A DNA stretch of 64,000 nt from an uncultured bacterium. GTDB lineage: Bacteria > Bacteroidota > Bacteroidia > Chitinophagales > Chitinophagaceae. Below the pieces are notes generated by a model. The model searched no databases. It was not told the origin of the DNA and was given only the letters and a program-made list of their open reading frames with translations. The stretch covers positions 12,958 through 76,957 of the forward strand of contig CAIXQW010000256.1 in assembly GCA_903921675.1 (NCBI GenBank), given 5' to 3'. A program made the position numbers and the translations under genes. Shown here in pieces: positions 18,716 through 26,693 of this stretch (the first letter of the stretch is position 1; each line of letters starts with the position of its first letter).

Positions 18716-19267
18716 TTATAACTTTTTCAATTGAAAATAACCAAGATGCAATTCGTCTTCTGGTAAATTATCTTGGCGCTGCAATACTATTTTATATTCG
18801 CTTTTTAATGATGCCGGTAAAATGTCTTCTATAGCATACACATCATCTACATCTATTCCATACTTATCATCTATATGGCTTTCTGCACCTTTAAAGCCAG
18901 TATGCTTATAAAAAGCAGATTGCTTTGCATGTTGCACGGCTTTGCCTTTATCTGTAGCAGCTACAATCATTTTGTAATGATACTCTTCAAAATCTCCAGG
19001 TTTGTAACCACCTAAATTGATAAAAAATAATTTTGCTTCTGAAGTTAATTCTTCTTGTAAGGGAACAATATTTACAGCATAACCATCTACACTTGTTATT
19101 GCTCTGTAGGCATCTACATGCATTGTATTAGCTACCTCTGGCCAAAATTCTTGTAGCTGTGGAATCATATTTTTTATAGATGTGGCAATGCCAAAACAAA
19201 TATCGTGCTGCTCTATATGTCTGCCTTTGGGTGTGCATCCAATTAATACTTTAAACAATTTCATCAT
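18716..19267 (-). CDS. DUF1543-like protein (two tandem repeats)
   Basis: 183 aa. LIGCTPKGRHIEQHDICFG and INLGGYKPGDFEEYHYKMIV look like the duplicated DUF1543 module. This is recalled from memory, not searched. Confidence 0.5.
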   Translation of the reverse strand: MMKLFKVLIGCTPKGRHIEQHDICFGIATSIKNMIPQLQEFWPEVANTMHVDAYRAITSVDGYAVNIVPLQEELTSEAKLFFINLGGYKPGDFEEYHYKMIVAATDKGKAVQHAKQSAFYKHTGFKGAESHIDDKYGIDVDDVYAIEDILPASLKSEYKIVLQRQDNLPEDELHLGYFQLKKL

Positions 19268-19345
19268 TGCTGTAAATGTACTTGATTGTGTAAAACTTTA
19301 TGTGAACAACTTAAAAAATAACAATTTGTATTTATATGCTGTGTT

Positions 19346-19353
19346 TATTTTTG
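19346..19353 (+). promoter_or_regulatory. candidate -7 box TATTTTTG for the lytic transglycosylase gene
   Basis: Exact TAnnTTTG match, 4 nt upstream of the ATG at 19358. Confidence 0.35.
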
Positions 19354-19357
19354 AATT

Positions 19358-20266
19358 ATGCGTAAAATTATTTTTATCTATGTATTTGTACTACAATGCA
19401 CCAATTTAATGGCACAAGGTAGCCGCTACAAACCCGAGCTTGCAGATGGCGAAACTGTCATAAAAACTACATCAGCCATACCTAAAATTACAGCTCCTAA
19501 ACTACCTACATCTTACACATTGTTTGGCGAAAAAGTACCTTTAGAAATGTTTGATATTCATGATAGATTTGATAGAGAATTGATAGTAAATAATTACATG
19601 CAAGGTAGTACCATTCAAATTATCAAACAAATGAAGCGCTGGTTCCCATTGATAGAAGAGCGATTAAAACAAAATGGAGTGCCTGACGATTTTAAATATT
19701 TAGCTGTAGCAGAAAGTGCATTAACACCTGCAAAAAGTGGTGTAGGCGCTAGTGGGTTTTGGCAATTTATGAAAGGCACAGGCCCTAGCTATGGTTTAGA
19801 AATTAATGACTATGTAGATGAAAGATACCATGTATTAAAAAGTACAGATGCTGCTTGTAGTTATTTGAAAGATGCGTATGCAAAATTTAATAACTGGACT
19901 GCTGCTGCTGCTAGTTATAACTGTGGCATGGGTGGATATAATAGTGCAGCTACATCTCAAGGCTCTTATAACTTTTACAATCTATGGTTGCCCGATGAAA
20001 CAATGCGTTATATTTTTCGCATCATGGCACTAAAATACATTTTAGAAAATCCAGAAAGAAGTGGATTTTATTTAGATAATACAGACACCTACAAACCTTA
20101 CAACACAAAAATTGTAGCAGTAAATTACAGCATTAGTAGTTTAGTACAGTTTGCTTTAGAAAATGGTACCAACTATAAATCTATCAAAATATTAAATCCA
20201 TGGTTGCGCGATAAAAGCTTACCAAATAAAAGTGGCAAAACGTATGAAATACTAATTCCGCAATAG
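19358..20266 (+). CDS. secreted lytic transglycosylase (SLT domain)
   Basis: Signal peptide ending MAQ. AVAESALTPAKSGVGASGFWQFM is the catalytic Glu-Ser plus GxWQ motif of the SLT family, followed by AASYNCG. Confidence 0.85.
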   Translation: MRKIIFIYVFVLQCTNLMAQGSRYKPELADGETVIKTTSAIPKITAPKLPTSYTLFGEKVPLEMFDIHDRFDRELIVNNYMQGSTIQIIKQMKRWFPLIEERLKQNGVPDDFKYLAVAESALTPAKSGVGASGFWQFMKGTGPSYGLEINDYVDERYHVLKSTDAACSYLKDAYAKFNNWTAAAASYNCGMGGYNSAATSQGSYNFYNLWLPDETMRYIFRIMALKYILENPERSGFYLDNTDTYKPYNTKIVAVNYSISSLVQFALENGTNYKSIKILNPWLRDKSLPNKSGKTYEILIPQ

Positions 20267-20887
20267 TAGATGCTCCAACTCGCTAAGCACCATTGCTGTG
20301 GCTCCCCAAATTTTCTTATTTTCTAATTGGTACAATGGTGCTGTCATTACCATATTTTTAAAATCGCTTCTATAAACTTCTCCATATTGTTTAGTGGCAG
20401 TATCAAACAATTGGGGCAAAGGTACTTCTATTATTTCTTGTACTTCTTGTGGGCTTGGTTGCAGTATAAAATGGCTATGCCAATAACAAACAATGGGTGT
20501 AATATTAAAATTACTTGGAGGAATATATAATGGTGTAAGATTTCCTAAAATTTTTATTTGGTGCATGCCTATTCCCATCTCTTCTTCTAACTCTCTGATA
20601 GCTGTATAAGTTATGGTTTGATCCTGTAAATCGTATTTGCCACCAGGCAAACTTATCTGTCCGCTATGTGTACCGCCATCCAATGTGCGCTTCATTAATA
20701 AGGTATGCCATTCTTTATTTTTTTTGTACAATACTATTATTACACCACCTTTTTTTGCATTGGTTGGTGCTACCAATTGTTCCCCTCTAGAGGGCGGTGC
20801 CATTTGCAATTGCGCATCTATGCCTGGCAATGCATGCAATATATTATGTTGCAATTTTTCTATAAAATTATCTTGATGCCACAACAT
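20252..20887 (-). CDS. NUDIX hydrolase, CoA pyrophosphatase-like
   Basis: The Nudix box is GGKYDLQDQTITYTAIRELEEEMGI. It is preceded by LLMKRT...G.ISLPGG, typical of the CoA pyrophosphatase subgroup. Confidence 0.82.
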   Translation of the reverse strand: MLWHQDNFIEKLQHNILHALPGIDAQLQMAPPSRGEQLVAPTNAKKGGVIIVLYKKNKEWHTLLMKRTLDGGTHSGQISLPGGKYDLQDQTITYTAIRELEEEMGIGMHQIKILGNLTPLYIPPSNFNITPIVCYWHSHFILQPSPQEVQEIIEVPLPQLFDTATKQYGEVYRSDFKNMVMTAPLYQLENKKIWGATAMVLSELEHLLLRN

Positions 20888-20942
20888 GTTTTGTAATTCT
20901 CTTTAAGGCTTTTCTATTAATTTTAATTTAAATAATATGTAT

Positions 20943-22424
20943 TTATTCAATTAACACAAATTCGCTTTCGTTATGTATTTTATCCAAACTAGCAATTACA
21001 TACTTATAATCTCGCCAATTGTTTTTTAATAAGTAAATATTTTCTCCCGTTATTTTTTCTATTTTTTCTGCATTTGCTATATCTATTTTTTCATTTTTTG
21101 CAAATTGATAAATTACAAAACAGTTAGCATCTGCGCTATTGTGTTTTAGTTCCAAAGCATCTACGCCACTTGCTGTTTTTATTTTTTTATAAGATGGTTT
21201 TGCAGGTGCAATATTATCTAACCACTTCATAGGTGGTACTATTGCTAAGCTAGTATTGGTATTGTATTGCAATGTTTGTACAATACCATATTTATTTTTA
21301 TAAAAACCGTTTGCACTATACAAACTATATCCATTAATATTTTTTGTATTTCTGATATCGTTTATTTGTTCAGGAATTTCAGCACTATTGCGCCAAGCAG
21401 GATTTGCATTTACACCCATTTGATATAAGCCTTGACCAATATACATTCCTTTGCCATAGCTATGATTGCTCCACCATTGTAATAGTGTGCTAAAGTCTGC
21501 ACTTTTATGCCCTCTCTCCCAATACAATTGCGGCATTAAGTAATCTATCCAACCACTTCGTTGCCATAGCAAAACATCAGCATATAAATCATCGTAATTT
21601 TGGCAACCTCTAGTATTACTGCCATCTTTATCGCAGGAAGCATTGCGCCAAATGCCAAATGGGCTAATGCCAAATTTTACTGTTGGCTTAATGGCCTTAA
21701 TTTTTTTACTTATTTCCTCTATAAATAAATTTACATTTTTGCGACGCCAATCGGCTTTGGTTAGCATGCCATCGCCATTTTGTATATAAGATTTATTGTC
21801 TGGAAATTCTAGTGAGCCAATTTTATATGGATAAAAATAATCATCAAAGTGCACAGCATCTATATCATATTTGCTTACCACTTCGCACACCACATCTTGT
21901 ACATACTTGCGTACAGCTGGCACTCCGGGGTCAAAATATTTTTTACCACCGTAGTTTACAAACCACTCTGGATGTGTGTAAGTTGGATGATTAAATGCAT
22001 GCGTATTTTTTCTAGCATCAATCAAAGCGCGATAAGGATTGAACCAAGCATGAAACTCCATACCACGTTTATGGCATTCATCTATCATAAATTTAGTAGG
22101 GTCGTAGTATGGGTTTGGTGCTTGTCCTTCCTTGCCTGTAACGTACCTACTCCATGTTTCGTAGCTGCTTTCGTAAAACGCGTCAGAAGCGGGGCGCACT
22201 TGCACAATCACTGCATTCATACCTGCAGACTGTAATAAATTTAATAGATTAATAAATTCTTGTTGCTGCGCTAAGGCATCCAATTTTGTATCGTTGCTAG
22301 GCCAATCAATATTGCCAACTGTAGCAATCCAAACAGCACGTAATTCGTATTTTGGTTTTGTATGTGCACATAAGTAATGGCATGAAAAAACAGAAAGAAA
22401 TAAAAATAATATAAGGCTACGCAT
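20943..22424 (-). CDS. glycoside-hydrolase-like GHL10 (DUF187 / YngK-like) secreted protein
   Basis: YELRAVWIATVGNIDWPS, NAVIVQVRP and FHAWFNPY are hallmark GHL10 motifs. The ATG at 22424 gives the signal peptide MRSLILFLFLSVFS. The longer track ORF runs into the neighbouring gene. Confidence 0.85.
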   Translation of the reverse strand: MRSLILFLFLSVFSCHYLCAHTKPKYELRAVWIATVGNIDWPSNDTKLDALAQQQEFINLLNLLQSAGMNAVIVQVRPASDAFYESSYETWSRYVTGKEGQAPNPYYDPTKFMIDECHKRGMEFHAWFNPYRALIDARKNTHAFNHPTYTHPEWFVNYGGKKYFDPGVPAVRKYVQDVVCEVVSKYDIDAVHFDDYFYPYKIGSLEFPDNKSYIQNGDGMLTKADWRRKNVNLFIEEISKKIKAIKPTVKFGISPFGIWRNASCDKDGSNTRGCQNYDDLYADVLLWQRSGWIDYLMPQLYWERGHKSADFSTLLQWWSNHSYGKGMYIGQGLYQMGVNANPAWRNSAEIPEQINDIRNTKNINGYSLYSANGFYKNKYGIVQTLQYNTNTSLAIVPPMKWLDNIAPAKPSYKKIKTASGVDALELKHNSADANCFVIYQFAKNEKIDIANAEKIEKITGENIYLLKNNWRDYKYVIASLDKIHNESEFVLIE

Positions 22425-22434
22425 CTTGTAATTG

Positions 22435-22442
22435 CAAATATA
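22435..22442 (-). promoter_or_regulatory. candidate -7 box TATATTTG for the GHL10 gene
   Basis: The plus strand reads caaatata, 10 nt upstream of the ATG at 22424. Confidence 0.35.
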
Positions 22443-22530
22443 CAATGCAGTTGGTATTGGATAATGTGATATAAAAAAAGTGTGATAAATTGCTTTACCA
22501 CACTTTGTCAATATTAGTTTTAAGGAAACA

Positions 22531-22833
22531 TTATTTTGTTGCAGGAGCTTCTGCAGGTGCTGCAGCTGCTTTTTCTTTAGAGCAAGCTTTTCCTGCTTCG
22601 CCTTTTTTGCAACAAGCTTTAGTAGCTTCGCCACCTTTTTTGCAACAAGCCTTAGGAGCTGGTGCAGCACTGCTTAATGTAACTGTATTAGCGGCATTGC
22701 CACCATCTACATTTGCACTTGCTTCTTTTTTGCAACATGCTTTTCCTGCTTTACCTTTTTTGCAACATTTTTTTTCTCCAAAAGCAACTCCTGTAATCAA
22801 TAAAGCTGCTAATACAAATGATAATTTCTTCAT
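22531..22833 (-). CDS. small secreted Cys/Lys-rich repeat protein (4 x K-A/K-C-C-K-K motif)
   Basis: The ATG at 22833 gives the signal peptide MKKLSFVLAALLITGVAFG. The mature part is EKKCCKKGKAGKACCKKEAS...KACCKKGGEATKACCKKGEAGKACSKEK. The DNA repeat ttttttgcaaca occurs four times. Confidence 0.6.
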   Translation of the reverse strand: MKKLSFVLAALLITGVAFGEKKCCKKGKAGKACCKKEASANVDGGNAANTVTLSSAAPAPKACCKKGGEATKACCKKGEAGKACSKEKAAAAPAEAPATK

Positions 22834-22883
22834 ATTTTTTTTCACTTCTTTTTTTTGGTTATTGGTAAAATATTTTACTACAT

Positions 22884-22891
22884 CAAAGGTA
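22884..22891 (-). promoter_or_regulatory. candidate -7 box TACCTTTG for the Cys-rich protein gene
   Basis: The plus strand reads caaaggta, 50 nt upstream of the ATG at 22833. Confidence 0.4.
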
Positions 22892-22955
22892 TACATCTTT
22901 TGCATTCGTAAATACTTTTTAACGGAGATTTAAGTTAAATAATTTTATACTATTA

Positions 22956-23243
22956 TTACTCTACAGTAGCCTGAATACCTCTATCAATAATTGCTTCAGC
23001 CATTGGCCGTAAAAAATCGAAACTTCCTTTTTTTACATCACATTTTCCTTTGTAATGTATCAGCATTGTGCATTGCTCTGCCTGTGTTGTAGTGTGTTTG
23101 CACACTGTAATTAAAGTATCTATCACATGGTCAAAAGTATTTACCTCGTCGTTCCATACTATCAAATGATGTGCTTGGTCGATACTCTTTTCTAATAAAT
23201 CTAGTTCTTCATGAAACTTTTCTTTCTGTTTGGTACTTGCCAT
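22956..23243 (-). CDS. clpS: ATP-dependent Clp protease adaptor ClpS
   Basis: VWNDEVNTFDHVIDTLITVCKHTTTQAEQCTMLIHYKGKCDVKKG is a typical ClpS core. I prefer the ATG at 23243 over the TTG at 23267. Confidence 0.9.
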   Translation of the reverse strand: MASTKQKEKFHEELDLLEKSIDQAHHLIVWNDEVNTFDHVIDTLITVCKHTTTQAEQCTMLIHYKGKCDVKKGSFDFLRPMAEAIIDRGIQATVE

Positions 23244-23256
23244 ATTTATAATTGTA

Positions 23257-26079
23257 TTATTGAACAATTAATTGATTTGTTATTTTTTGTCCTAATTCAT
23301 CTTCTGCCACTACTACATATCGACCAGCATTCAAAGCACTAGTATTGATGCTAAAATTATGCTGACCTACATTTAACTTGGCACTTCCAATGGTCATGCA
23401 CTTCCTACCAAATATATCCACTATATATAAATGCATTGTTCTGGCAAATTGTAAATTAACTTGTAAAGTACAGATATCTTGCGCAGGATTTGGGAAAATA
23501 CTTAAATTAAATTTATTTTTTGAACTAATTGCAGGTTGTATTGCTAGTGGAAAAAACTGTTTGCTGTAAAATGCACCACCACCATGTGTACCTATTGCTA
23601 CAATGCCATCTGCAGGTCGTTGATCAATGCTTACAACTACATTCGTACCAATGCTGTTGACTCCTTCTTGCTTCCAACTAGTAGAATCTTTTGAAACAAG
23701 TGTGCTTTCTTTTAAAGTATCCGTACTGAATAATCCTACACTAGTACCAACATAATATTTCCTTTTGCCTTCTGTAGTTTTTGCAATGGCTACACAGCGT
23801 AAACTAGGGGAATAGCCACTCCAATTGCTAGAAGCGGATCTTAAATTTCCTTTGCAATGCCTAAAGGTATCGCCAGCTGTAGTACTATAAAATAGCGAAC
23901 TGGTGGTGTAGTTACTATAGCATACTAATACTTTTTTATTGTCCTCTGGGTCAATGGCGATTCCACTGCAATAGCCTGTCATAAAAGTTTTACTAATTTT
24001 CACCATAGTGGGGTTACCAGTATTAGCATTGTCAATTCTATAAACATCCTTATTACTTGTACCTATGTATACTGTATTAGCAGGAGATTTACTTACTGCA
24101 ATAGCTGTAATTTGTGCAGGATATTGCCCTGTAGAACCAGAATTAGAAGCAGTAATTGTATCTGATAATTTTGTCCACCCAGTAGAGATACTATCCCAAT
24201 TACCAGTGAAAGGCAGGGTAGATAATTGATTTTGTCTCCACAAACTTTTACCAGCTGGCAAGTACAATATATTATTGTCATTGGGGTCTACCACAAATGG
24301 ATTGATAAATAAATAATCGTCTTTTGTTGGTCCAATAGGGTCTATTCTACCATATGAAATTACACTACCTGTATTATCTAAATTAAATTTTACAACTTTT
24401 CCTTCTTGTATGCTCATTACATAAAAATCTCTATTAGGCGCTATATAGTTATATGCTCCATCTCCATTAAATGGTATTTTCCAAATATTCTGCGCATTGG
24501 TATAGTCTGTAGTGATAAAATTTCCATTATCCTGAAAACCAGCCAACAGCCATTTACTACCTACCGTGGGGTCTAGTGTAACAGTATAAACCTGCGATGT
24601 TAAATAACCATTGTTCAATGTAATCCAAACCATAGTATTGGGAGAATTTCCATCCATCGTCATACGCACACCACCATCGCTAGCGCTTAATAATTTATTA
24701 GGGTTGCTTGGGTAAAACAATAAATCATGATTATCTGGATGATGATTATCCCAAATTTCGAAATGTGGCAATGTTGTTCCTAGCTTGTAGCCGCCAATCT
24801 GTGTAAAATTGTTTGCAGTAGCAAAAGCATCTGTACTTCTAAATATATTAGTTCCTCCTATAAATACATTTCCAGTGCCTGGTTGCACTTTTACAAACAT
24901 ATCATAACCTCCTTGGCAATTTAATTTATCGAATGGGCCTGAGCTAATGTTTGCATTGTTTGGTAGATTAGGCGATAAATTATCCCAATTACCTCCAGCA
25001 CCAGAGCCATCACCACTTATATAGGTATATTTCATTAATGTTATCCACTCATTGGTGCCCTTGTAATTACTAGTGGTTGTGCTATAAATATTTGTACTAT
25101 CTGGTATGTAACTAAAGAAAAATACTTCTTGCGGATTATTAGGATTGATACCTAGCACCGTTCTATCATGCACATTAAAATTAATGGGGGTAATATCTGC
25201 CCATGTCAACCCTTTATCTGCACTTCTAAAAAATCCTTTACCAGTTCCGTCACTGCTTACTGTTGCATATATAATTCCTGTACTATCAATAGCCAAATCT
25301 GTATAATAAGCATCAGTGCCGCCAAAGCCACCACGGCAAACAGTCCAAGTATTTCCACCATTATTGCTACGATAAATACAACCATAATTTGCTACAAATA
25401 AATAGTCGCTATCTACAGATGGATGTGTAGCAATGCGCCAAGAAACTTGGAATGGAGTAGTAAATGAGTTTGGATTACCACCACTAGTGGTAGGCATTGG
25501 TTGCCAAGATTTACCACTATCTATACTTTTAAATAATCCATCTCCAAAAAAATATGCTGCACCACCACTAGCGCTATTACCACTTCCTTCGCCAGTGCAT
25601 GCATACCAAATATTTTCTTTACCAATACGTTTATCTTGGCACAAACTAGTAACTCCCAAATATCCTGCAACATCACTTACTTGAGTCCAGGCCAATCCGC
25701 CATTGGTAGTACGCCAGATTCCTCCGCTTACACTACCTGCGATAATGATATTTTCATTTGTTTTATCAAAGGCAATAGCTCTTGTTCTACCACCAACATT
25801 CCAAGGACCAACTGCATGCCAATCTTCACTTCTTGTTTTTTTCTGAAATGGCGCTAGGTATTGGTTGTAAAAATCCAATTCTTGCTTGCGTATATTGTTT
25901 GGCACTTTTCCAGTAGATGGATCTGCTAGCATTAGTTGTTCCTGCAACTCTCTTAATTCATCGTAGTCAGTTGCTTCACTCAAAGAGAATTTACCTTTAT
26001 GTGTGGCAATTTTTGTTTGTTTAAAAAGCAATAAACTTGATGCAACAAAAGCAAAAAATAAAATAAAACTGCGTATCAT
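23257..26079 (-). CDS. large secreted BNR/Asp-box (sortilin/VPS10- or GH74-like) beta-propeller protein with T9SS type A C-terminal sorting domain
   Basis: 940 aa. Repeated S-x-D-x-G-x-(T/S)-W motifs are TTNGGLAW, SIDSGKSW, SNNGGNTW and SADKGLTW. The C-terminus LSIFPNPAQDICTLQV...LIVQ is Por_Secre_tail-like. Confidence 0.8.
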   Translation of the reverse strand: MIRSFILFFAFVASSLLLFKQTKIATHKGKFSLSEATDYDELRELQEQLMLADPSTGKVPNNIRKQELDFYNQYLAPFQKKTRSEDWHAVGPWNVGGRTRAIAFDKTNENIIIAGSVSGGIWRTTNGGLAWTQVSDVAGYLGVTSLCQDKRIGKENIWYACTGEGSGNSASGGAAYFFGDGLFKSIDSGKSWQPMPTTSGGNPNSFTTPFQVSWRIATHPSVDSDYLFVANYGCIYRSNNGGNTWTVCRGGFGGTDAYYTDLAIDSTGIIYATVSSDGTGKGFFRSADKGLTWADITPINFNVHDRTVLGINPNNPQEVFFFSYIPDSTNIYSTTTSNYKGTNEWITLMKYTYISGDGSGAGGNWDNLSPNLPNNANISSGPFDKLNCQGGYDMFVKVQPGTGNVFIGGTNIFRSTDAFATANNFTQIGGYKLGTTLPHFEIWDNHHPDNHDLLFYPSNPNKLLSASDGGVRMTMDGNSPNTMVWITLNNGYLTSQVYTVTLDPTVGSKWLLAGFQDNGNFITTDYTNAQNIWKIPFNGDGAYNYIAPNRDFYVMSIQEGKVVKFNLDNTGSVISYGRIDPIGPTKDDYLFINPFVVDPNDNNILYLPAGKSLWRQNQLSTLPFTGNWDSISTGWTKLSDTITASNSGSTGQYPAQITAIAVSKSPANTVYIGTSNKDVYRIDNANTGNPTMVKISKTFMTGYCSGIAIDPEDNKKVLVCYSNYTTSSLFYSTTAGDTFRHCKGNLRSASSNWSGYSPSLRCVAIAKTTEGKRKYYVGTSVGLFSTDTLKESTLVSKDSTSWKQEGVNSIGTNVVVSIDQRPADGIVAIGTHGGGAFYSKQFFPLAIQPAISSKNKFNLSIFPNPAQDICTLQVNLQFARTMHLYIVDIFGRKCMTIGSAKLNVGQHNFSINTSALNAGRYVVVAEDELGQKITNQLIVQ

Positions 26080-26347
26080 TTATTATAAATAGTATTTAGA
26101 TGGGCTGGGTGATAAAAAATTAAACACGAATTTAAGGTATTTTATGAATAGAATTTCGTGTAAATATTTTATATCTATATTTTTCTAACCACAAGAGCGC
26201 ACTATTATTTAGAAATGCAGGGCTTTTTTACTATTTCTATTCCTTAAAAAATTGAGCTACTTTGCACCATTAGTATACTGTATTATGCATTGTATTTGAA
26301 TTATTGTAATTTTAATAGTGTTAGGAATATTATTATCCTTATAAAGC

Positions 26348-26683
26348 ATGTTTTTAAGGCTGCCAATAGCAACTCCACCAAAGAACAGTGAATCAATATT
26401 TGTATTCAAACCTATTTTTCCAACATTTTTAATGCCATTTTAGACTAGTATAGTACCCCTATTTATTATTGCAATTTTAGCTGCGTTTCGTAAAAATAGA
26501 TTGCAAAATAATAGAGAGATGCTATTAGCACTGTTTAAACTCTTATTAGTATCACAACTGCTAAATGTGCTCACGCATAAACCTGAGATTGCTGCTACAG
26601 AAAATAATTTCTTGTTTGCCTTTATCTTAAATCTGTATCACTATTCCAGGACTAGATACTTTCTAAATTACATGATAATGTAA
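26348..26683 (+). pseudogene. possible decayed small membrane-protein gene (one reading frame with an in-frame TAG at 26441-26443)
   Basis: The frame reads MFLRLPIATPPKNSESIFVFKPIFPTFLMPF-stop-TSIVPLFIIAILAAFRKNRLQNNREMLLALFKLLLVSQLL... An 81-codon open stretch is unusual in DNA this AT-rich. I recognise no family. Confidence 0.3.
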
Positions 26684-26693
26684 ACAAAATCAA

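Noticed and set aside
22425-22670. Lys/Ala/Leu-rich 82-aa N-terminal extension of the GHL10 ORF in the track (MLHQLLRLVAKKVAKLLKLVAKK...).
   Set aside because: It overlaps the Cys/Lys-rich gene on the same strand in another frame and simply mirrors that gene's repetitive composition. The ATG at 22424 gives a proper signal peptide and has a -7 box 10 nt upstream.
22490-22933. 147-aa plus-strand ORF (Ala/Leu/Phe-rich) opposite the Cys-rich protein gene.
   Set aside because: It is a shadow ORF created by the GC-rich repeat ttttttgcaaca/agc. It has no start context, signal or promoter. The minus-strand frame has a signal peptide and a -7 box.
17808-26443. Stop-codon reassignment or programmed read-through as an explanation for the in-frame TAA (doc) and TAG (26441).
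   Set aside because: Well-conserved genes in the window end at the expected lengths on TAA, TAG and TGA, and Trp is encoded by TGG. Two isolated events in dispensable genes fit pseudogenisation better.
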